In this document: piece by piece, positions 57,343 through 64,000 of the stretch
Position numbering within the stretch: position 1 is the stretch's first letter
How the letters are laid out: each line of letters starts with the position of its first letter
Source: Rhynchopus sp. YZ270_cl-10
Lineage: Eukaryota
Direction of reading: 5' to 3'
Assembly: GCA_964035575.1 (NCBI GenBank)
Contig: OZ037838.1
Coordinates: 1,302,001 to 1,366,000, forward strand
Length of the DNA stretch: 64,000 bases
The notes under the pieces: generated by a model
The model's input: the letters and a program-made list of their open reading frames with translations, nothing else
Databases searched by the model: none
Told to the model about the DNA's origin: nothing
Program-made: the position numbers and the translations under genes

Positions 57343-60195
57343 ATGCTAGCCAAGGTGGTTGTATTCTTAGCGACCGTACCATGGCTTGTTGCCGAACCTA
57401 TGGAGCTGGACGTAACCCTGGACCACGTGGAGTTCTCCAACCGCCTGCAGAGCGAGCACCTGGGGGTCATCTTTGCGGCCTTTGTGTTGACACTCATTTT
57501 GATTGTGGTGACCTCTTTGTGGTGTGTCACGGCCCGGCGGGTCCGGTTGTCTGTGGTATTAATGTTGGTCATGACGGCGGCGCTTCTGACGGTGGGGATC
57601 GTTGCGTGGTTCGTTACCTATGCGACGCCGCGCGATGTGATTGAAGAAACGCAGGAATCGCACCTCGCTGCCTCCGTCACCGAAGCTATCGAAAAGGTTC
57701 GATCCGAACTCGACCCTGCCGTACGCATCATCGAACTCACCAAAGAACACTCCCAAGAAGGCAAAGAACTGAACCTTCTCTCCCAATGGCCGGTCCCCCA
57801 CTACTACCTGAGTACCATGCTTGATACTGTTGGGTCCGCTTCATCGTCTCTGCACATGTTATATTATGGTACAGCGGAAGGGAGGCTTATGGGGGTATCT
57901 AAGTATGGTGGGGAGGAAAGGGATGTGGATTGTCACAATCTTTGTGTGCTCCCAGGGGATGCGCTGCCGGAATGGGTGTTGTGTCCTGCCAAGGATTATC
58001 AGGATTATTGCAACTGTAGTGACGCGGTGGAACGGCAGGATTGTTTGCTGTCATGCGGCGCAGCGTCTCCGTCTGCAGAGAACTGCTATGGTTCGGAGCG
58101 TTCATTGCGTTATATTATTACAAGAGTAAAAAACTCACGTCTTGTTCATAAATCTGGACGAACCAACCACCGATTTGATGACCCAAAAATCCCAAATATC
58201 CCTTCAATCCAACGATACGACCCCCGCCAACGGCCTTGGTACAATATCAGCGTTGGGAATGTGGTCTGGAGTGCACCGTACATTTTTTCTTCGGGGGGTG
58301 TAGGGATTACCGCGGTTGCGAGGGTGGTGTCACGGCAAGGGGCGCATATCGGTACCATCGCGGTAGATGTGACCGCACAGAGCTTGCAGGATATTATTAT
58401 GTCGTTACGTCCTACCGACAGCGCGCTATCGATTTTGATGACCGCAAAAGGCTGTCTTCTTGGCTCCTCATTCACAAAAGAGGCGCTTCAGATTGACTCT
58501 GGGGTGGATATAGGAGGGGTGATGGAGATTGCAAGATTTTCTGAAAAATCGAAAATTAAAGGTTTGCTCGCGTTTCTTTTAGATCGATATGGGTCTATCG
58601 AAAATGCGATGAAACACAAAGCGATTTTGATGTCGTGTGATCACGGGGTGTTGTCATTCCCTTTTAGAATTTTAGGAGGGTTGGAACTGATTTTGGTGAT
58701 GGAGGTGCCGTATAACGATATGATGGGGCATGCAGACAGAACGTCGATGGTGGCTTTGGTGCTGGCGGTCTCGATTTCGTTGGGTTCGGCGGTGGTTGTG
58801 TTTCTCTTTGTGAGGGTGTTGTTGCAACCGTTAGACCTCCTTGCTGACGATATGGGGGACGTCGTGCTCATGAAACTACAAACCCATGGACCCCCAAGAA
58901 GGCTATCATCTATTTCAGAAGTTGCTGGAATTCAAATTGCGTTTCATACCATGGCGTTAAGCCTTTCGGAGTATAGGCAATATCTTCCACAATCTGTTTT
59001 ATGCAATCTCACCGACATTGCTGAACCTGAAGAAACTACACTCGAACCCGAGCCAGAAAGGGCAGATCCACTTACCCCTCCTAGGTCTTCCTCCTCTTCT
59101 CCGAAGGCGGTTTCGTCAGAATTTCCGACCGATGGAACATCAGGATCGCAGAGTTCAGGGGAGCTGACCCCCTCGCGAGGAGGCGATCTTCCTCTTATGT
59201 CCGCAACTCTCCGGGCAAAATGCGTTTCGTTGGTTATCGTGAATTTGCACAACTTCAATGGACTGGCGCGGTCGTTAACCTCGAGGGCCTTGGCTGGTGT
59301 CTATTCGAAGTACCTTGAGCCGATAGTCAGCACCGCGCGGACCTTTCGTGGAATAGTTGATGAATATTCCGGCGACCATGTGTACATAACATTCAACACA
59401 ACGTTGGAGAGCTCGATGCATAGAAACAAGGCAGTAGAGTGTTGTCTCGCGCTTTTAGAGCTTTTTTCGAAAAAAACGTTCAAAGAATTGTCGCAATCCT
59501 CCGACGAGCCGACACGACAGAAAAAACGACTGCGTACCAACCTTGTTGCCGGGTCTGGCAGAGCCCTATGCGGTAATATGGGCTGCTCCGGGTTGAAACG
59601 GTATTCTGTTATTGGATCGTGCGCGTCGTATCTTCGTGTCCTCGAACGTTGGGGTGCGCATTGGGGGGCAGGGATTGTAGTCGATGGGGCTATCGGAGAT
59701 GACCTAGGTATTGCGACTTCGTTTGAAAGAAAAAAACTGTGCCGGGTGACGTTAAGGGAGGAGGATACGAGGGTGCGGTCTTTGTATGAAATTGTAAAGC
59801 CGTTTCGTGGGGTCAAGGCGCAGGAGTGGATGTATCAGTTGGAGAGAGTCGCGGAGGAGGCAAAGTATCGGCAATACAACAATGCTGTAGATTTGCTGTA
59901 TGAAGCGAAGTTTGACGATGCCTTCGAAGCCTTGGAGACCTGCGATTTGCCGCATTTTGTCTCGGAGGAGTTGCACCGCTGGATCACTGCCTGCCAACTT
60001 CGCGATGAGCCCCCTCCACCCCTTCACCTCTTCTCTGTACCTCGCCCGCACGCAGCTTTTGATCCTTGTAGGTCTCCTACGCTAACCTCAAGCAGTCACC
60101 CTCCTGAGCAAGATGTGACAGAGCCAGAAACGAAATACACCCCCGTTATGTGCATGTCGCAGGTCGGGTCGAGTTCTAGTGGGAGTGTTGCATGA
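57343..60195 (+). CDS. Receptor-type class III nucleotide cyclase-like protein, paralog 2
   Basis: Same architecture as paralog 1: YDPRQRPWY, WSAPY, QYLPQSV, IVDEYSGD, GRALCGNMG, QEWMYQL. Confidence 0.8.
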   Translation: MLAKVVVFLATVPWLVAEPMELDVTLDHVEFSNRLQSEHLGVIFAAFVLTLILIVVTSLWCVTARRVRLSVVLMLVMTAALLTVGIVAWFVTYATPRDVIEETQESHLAASVTEAIEKVRSELDPAVRIIELTKEHSQEGKELNLLSQWPVPHYYLSTMLDTVGSASSSLHMLYYGTAEGRLMGVSKYGGEERDVDCHNLCVLPGDALPEWVLCPAKDYQDYCNCSDAVERQDCLLSCGAASPSAENCYGSERSLRYIITRVKNSRLVHKSGRTNHRFDDPKIPNIPSIQRYDPRQRPWYNISVGNVVWSAPYIFSSGGVGITAVARVVSRQGAHIGTIAVDVTAQSLQDIIMSLRPTDSALSILMTAKGCLLGSSFTKEALQIDSGVDIGGVMEIARFSEKSKIKGLLAFLLDRYGSIENAMKHKAILMSCDHGVLSFPFRILGGLELILVMEVPYNDMMGHADRTSMVALVLAVSISLGSAVVVFLFVRVLLQPLDLLADDMGDVVLMKLQTHGPPRRLSSISEVAGIQIAFHTMALSLSEYRQYLPQSVLCNLTDIAEPEETTLEPEPERADPLTPPRSSSSSPKAVSSEFPTDGTSGSQSSGELTPSRGGDLPLMSATLRAKCVSLVIVNLHNFNGLARSLTSRALAGVYSKYLEPIVSTARTFRGIVDEYSGDHVYITFNTTLESSMHRNKAVECCLALLELFSKKTFKELSQSSDEPTRQKKRLRTNLVAGSGRALCGNMGCSGLKRYSVIGSCASYLRVLERWGAHWGAGIVVDGAIGDDLGIATSFERKKLCRVTLREEDTRVRSLYEIVKPFRGVKAQEWMYQLERVAEEAKYRQYNNAVDLLYEAKFDDAFEALETCDLPHFVSEELHRWITACQLRDEPPPPLHLFSVPRPHAAFDPCRSPTLTSSSHPPEQDVTEPETKYTPVMCMSQVGSSSSGSVA

Positions 60196-62069
60196 GGGGG
60201 AGGGGGAGGGGAGGGGGAGTTTTTAGGGGTTTTTAGTGGGAGGAGGAGATGTTGGGAGGGGGGAGTCTCAGGGGGGAGAGTTTTTTTTGTGCATGGAGTA
60301 GGCAGGTGCCTGCGTCAGGGGGGCGTTTTTTGTGCACTATCAACTTCACTTTTTTTTTGTAGAGTGATTGAAGAAGTTTCAGTCGTACTTTTTTTTTCTC
60401 TTTTTTCCTTGTCTCCGAAGTTTGCGCCCACAGAGGCTTTTGCACCAGTGATGTCTGATCAGGATACTTTGCCCGGGCACTTACCTTTAAAATATATTGG
60501 TAGTACCCAGCACTACCTGAGTCAGTTCAGGGGCAGTTTGGGAGAGTTCCACAACCCCAAAAGAGAATTTTTTTTTGTGAGCCTGGGGACATTCGTCTTT
60601 GATGATTTTATCTTTTTTTTTGTGCTCGTCATCCCGAAGCCGGCATCGTACAGTGGGTCGTGGAGGTGCCTGCCTCAATAACTTCCATTTCCCTTTTTTT
60701 TTATTGTCTTTCCGATCAATGCTTATCAATTGTTATCAGTCTGTTTTTGGCGTTTTATTCTAAAAGATATGGTTGCTCTGATACACATTTTCAGGTTTTT
60801 TTTTCTCGCTTATTTTTTAAGGTGACGACGACTTCGGTTCACGTCCAGTTGAACGCCGATGTGCACTTTACCTTCTTCCCCAGCGGGGTGGTATTTTCCC
60901 ACAACCTTCTCAACCCCTGTAGGTTCACGAGCCACTGTAATATGGGCATAGTGTAGGGGGGGGGGTAAATCGTCAATATTACAACCCCACATTTTGGGGA
61001 AATTTTTGGCCGAAAAATGCCCCACCTATTAAGTGACCGGGGCTCGACCCCACGGCACGGGGTGGATCCCAAAAAAAATGCAAATAAGGACCATTTTGAA
61101 TTTTTCTCTCCTTTTTGCAATTTTTCTCGTTTATTTGTAATCACTCGAGTTTTTTGTGTCAAAAAAAAATCCTTTTTTGATTTCTGATTGGGTTTATTGA
61201 TTGTATCGCTCAAAACAGTAAATGGTTTTGGCTGTTTTGCTCAGAGGGTGTCAGAGAATGTGTCCGGTTATTATTTTTATGGAAGCCTGATCACCGAGAG
61301 ATCACAAAGAGACCGGTGATAGCCTTTCTCCCCTTTCCCCCCATTATCTGTATATTTTTCGTTTAGTCCCTCCGCATTTCTGATTTCTTTTTTTTCGCAC
61401 ACTACTTTGTGAGCGGAAAGTGTCACATCGTTCAGCTCACCCCCAACCGACCACCACCCAACAACTGTGAGATAGTGTGTGTGTGTGTGGAAGCGTCAAA
61501 GAAACAAAAGACCGAGGGGGTGAGGGAACGACAAATGAACTCCTTTTTTCAGCATCTTTTTTTTTTGTTTGAAAAAAAATATGTTGGAATAGTGTCTCAT
61601 TGCCACCAAGGCTTGAATAATGTCGTTGTCACCAAAGCTTCCACTGTCAATTTTATTTTCGCACCTTCCAAAATAGTATTTCCTTTTCTTTTAATGGAAC
61701 CCCAGGTGTTCTACATCTTTTTTTTCAACTCTTGTACACAACATACGAAGCGGTACGGTAAGGAAATAATACAAGCCGAAATGTTTGGATGTCTTCGGCT
61801 CGAATGATTGAAATTGTGTGTGGATGCGTCCAATGAAAATCACTTCGTATAGAAGAGCTCAAGAATGTAGGTTTTATTATTTCAACTCTTGTACACAACA
61901 TACGAAGAAGCAGTACGCGTACGGTTGTAAGGAGATGCGTTCTGTTTGAGATGAAATCATTTTGTGTAGAATAGTTCGAAGATGTAGGTTTTTATTTCCA
62001 CAACCCCAATTATTGTCCCCAATAACTTTATTTCCAATCGATCAAAATCCCCCCCCCCCCCCCCCCCCC

Positions 62070-63269
62070 TAGGGGGTCCGACTGTGAGTAAAATTACCGT
62101 ACAAAAAACTCATTATTAAACTTCTGGTCATTTCCAAGGTAACTGCGGGTGAAACACACCCTCAGAGTGGGTCACAGGGGGCCTGTGGGCCGAAAAACGA
62201 CCCAGAAGCCACCCCAGAATACAAAAAAATGGAAAAAAATAGTGAAAAAACGGCTTTTTGGCGGTTTTGGCCATGTTGGGCAAAATAGCGTTTTTTCAAG
62301 AAAAAACCAAAAAAACGGTTATTTTTTGACATCACAAAACCTCCTTTGGCACAAATATACCCCAAAAGTGGCCTGTGAGTCCATTCCAACCTGTTTTGGA
62401 CATATTTGACACTTTTGGAAGTGTTTTTTTGGTGTTTTTACGTCAAAAAACATACCCTGGCAATACCCTGACCGCGCTCCGGCAGCATTCCGGCATGCTG
62501 TTTGACCCATATAGGGGTCAAGAAATGGCCAAAAACCCCCGAAAAAGGACCCTGGGAACCCAGATAGTTCCAAATTTCCACCACATCCCCACCCAAACAC
62601 CGCAAAAACACGACAGAATATCGTCTTAAAAAACACACTTTTTTCAAAAAGGCTATTATGGAGCCTGTCTGACGACCTTTTTGAAAAAAGTGTGTTTTTT
62701 AAGACGATATTCTGTCGTGTTTTTGCAGTGTTTGGGTGGGGATGTGGTGGAAATTTGGAACTCTCTGGGTTCCCAGGGTCCTTTTTCGGGGGTTTTTGGC
62801 CATTTCTTGACCCCTATATGGGTCAAACAGCATGCCGGAATGCTGCCGGAGCGCGGTCAGGGTATTGCCAGGGTATGTTTTTTGACGTAAAAACACCAAA
62901 AAAACACTTCCAAAAGTGTCAAATATGTCCAAAACAGGTTGGAATGGACTCACAGGCCACTTTTGGGGTATATTTGTGCCAAAGGAGGTTTTGTGATGTC
63001 AAAAAATAACCGTTTTTTTGGTTTTTTCTTGAAAAACCGCTATTTTGCCCAACATGGCCAAAACCGCCAAAAAGCCGTTTTTTCACTATTTTTTTCCATT
63101 TTTTTGTATTCTGGGGTGGCTTCTGGGTCGTTTTTCGGCCCACAGGCCCCCTGTGACCCACTCTGAGGGTGTGTTTCACCCGCAGTTACCTTGGAAATGA
63201 CCAGAAGTTTAATAATGAGTTTTTTGTACGAAATTTTATACACAAGTCTATTAGGAGTCGGACCCCCTA
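62070..63269. mobile_element. 1.2-kb foldback element (arms ~550-580 bp, ~27-bp spacer)
   Basis: 62098-62650 is a near-perfect reverse complement of 62678-63230, shown by mirror-image ORFs. Termini TAGGGGGTCCGACT / AGTCGGACCCCCTA, inserted in a poly-C run. Confidence 0.9.
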
Positions 63270-63569
63270 CCCCCCCCCCCCTCATCCCAAACACCACTAA
63301 AAACAGGCGTTTTTTTTCTCTTCATTTTCCCTCCACAACTTCTTTCCTCCTCCCCCCCTTCTCCCTCTTCTCTCGTGGTCACCTTGGCGAGCCTACGTGA
63401 AGTACCGCGACACGCTTCAAGGTTGTCAAGAAGTACTTCCACATCCGCGACAGCCTTCTCTACCCGCCTTGCTGCTTGCACCGCAAATTCATTGAAGAAC
63501 GGAGCAAACAACATCAACACCTCCCAATACCATACCGTCTCCGGGCAGCCGCCATTCCCTTTTGTGTGA

Positions 63570-64000
63570 ATGGGAGGCTGGCCACCCCCACCCCTTGGTT
63601 GGATATGCATCGTATTGTGTTGTTCTGATGTGAATGGACTACACTATACCCCTGTCGCCGATCGGGATGACATGCCTGATGGTGTGAACGACGTGCACAT
63701 TGCCTTAGTGGTAGCACCCCTCGCGGTTATGACGGTTGTGGTGTTGTCGCTGTTTGCGTGTCTTTTTGTGGGACGGCGTTTAAGACTTCCCATCGTGATA
63801 ATGGCGTTGTTGACGTCAGTGCTATTAGGGGTAAGTCTCGTGGTGTGGGGGGTAACGTATGTGACGCCGCGTAGTATGATTCAAGATGCGCAAGAGCGTT
63901 TGCTGGCAGCGTCTGCCCGGCAGGCATTAGAAAAAATCCGCCGCGAGCTCGCTGGGGGGGGTCGCGTTGTGAGGCTCGCGCAGTCGCTAGCCACATCCTC
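63570..64000 (+). CDS. Receptor-type cyclase-like protein, paralog 3 (5' part, runs off the window; absent from the ORF track)
   Basis: Manual translation from ATG 63570: MGGWPPPPLGWICIVLCC...VHIALVVAPLAVM...GRRLRLPIVIMALL...VVWGVTYVTPRSMIQDAQERLLAASARQALEKIRREL, which aligns with the N-termini of paralogs 1 and 2. Confidence 0.8.
   Translation, partial: MGGWPPPPLGWICIVLCCSDVNGLHYTPVADRDDMPDGVNDVHIALVVAPLAVMTVVVLSLFACLFVGRRLRLPIVIMALLTSVLLGVSLVVWGVTYVTPRSMIQDAQERLLAASARQALEKIRRELAGGGRVVRLAQSLATS

Noticed and set aside
62149..63179. Mirror-image ORF pairs on both strands
   Set aside because: A consequence of the inverted repeat; low-complexity translations.
1..64000. tRNA, rRNA or SL RNA genes and autonomous transposase or RT ORFs
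   Set aside because: None recognised by eye; tRNAscan-SE, Infernal and HMM searches would be needed to exclude them formally.

Overview
Eukaryotic protist DNA, most likely a euglenozoan such as a diplonemid. This is inferred from three things: every credible gene lies on the + strand across 64 kb, short GT-AG introns have a strict GTAYG donor, and there are Bodo/Diplonema-type receptor cyclases. The window is dominated by two clusters (1-14057 and 25590-41094) of an intronless gene family encoding an N-terminal ubiquitin-like domain fused to a 7-bladed WD40-like beta-propeller. There are 15 copies (12 intact, 1 cut by the window edge, 2 frameshifted) plus a deletion scar. The 213-nt Ubl cassette is almost invariant, even at silent sites. 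The loops predicted to form the propeller top face are hypervariable in sequence and length, and segments are shuffled between copies, as in a diversifying receptor or adaptor repertoire. Single-copy genes are a 5-exon PPEF phosphatase, a TM-U-box protein, a secreted amidohydrolase, a dynamin-like GTPase, an HROB-like OB-fold protein and an F-box protein. Three tandem Cache-domain receptor cyclases follow, the last one partial. Non-autonomous DNA transposons include a MULE-like MITE with a 9-bp TSD, a 4-kb gene-capturing element with a 7-bp TSD and two related 122-bp satellites, a 0.7-kb MITE, a 1.2-kb foldback element and an 87-bp palindromic satellite. Families of short conserved hairpins recur downstream of genes. 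All domain calls are by eye; no database search was run.
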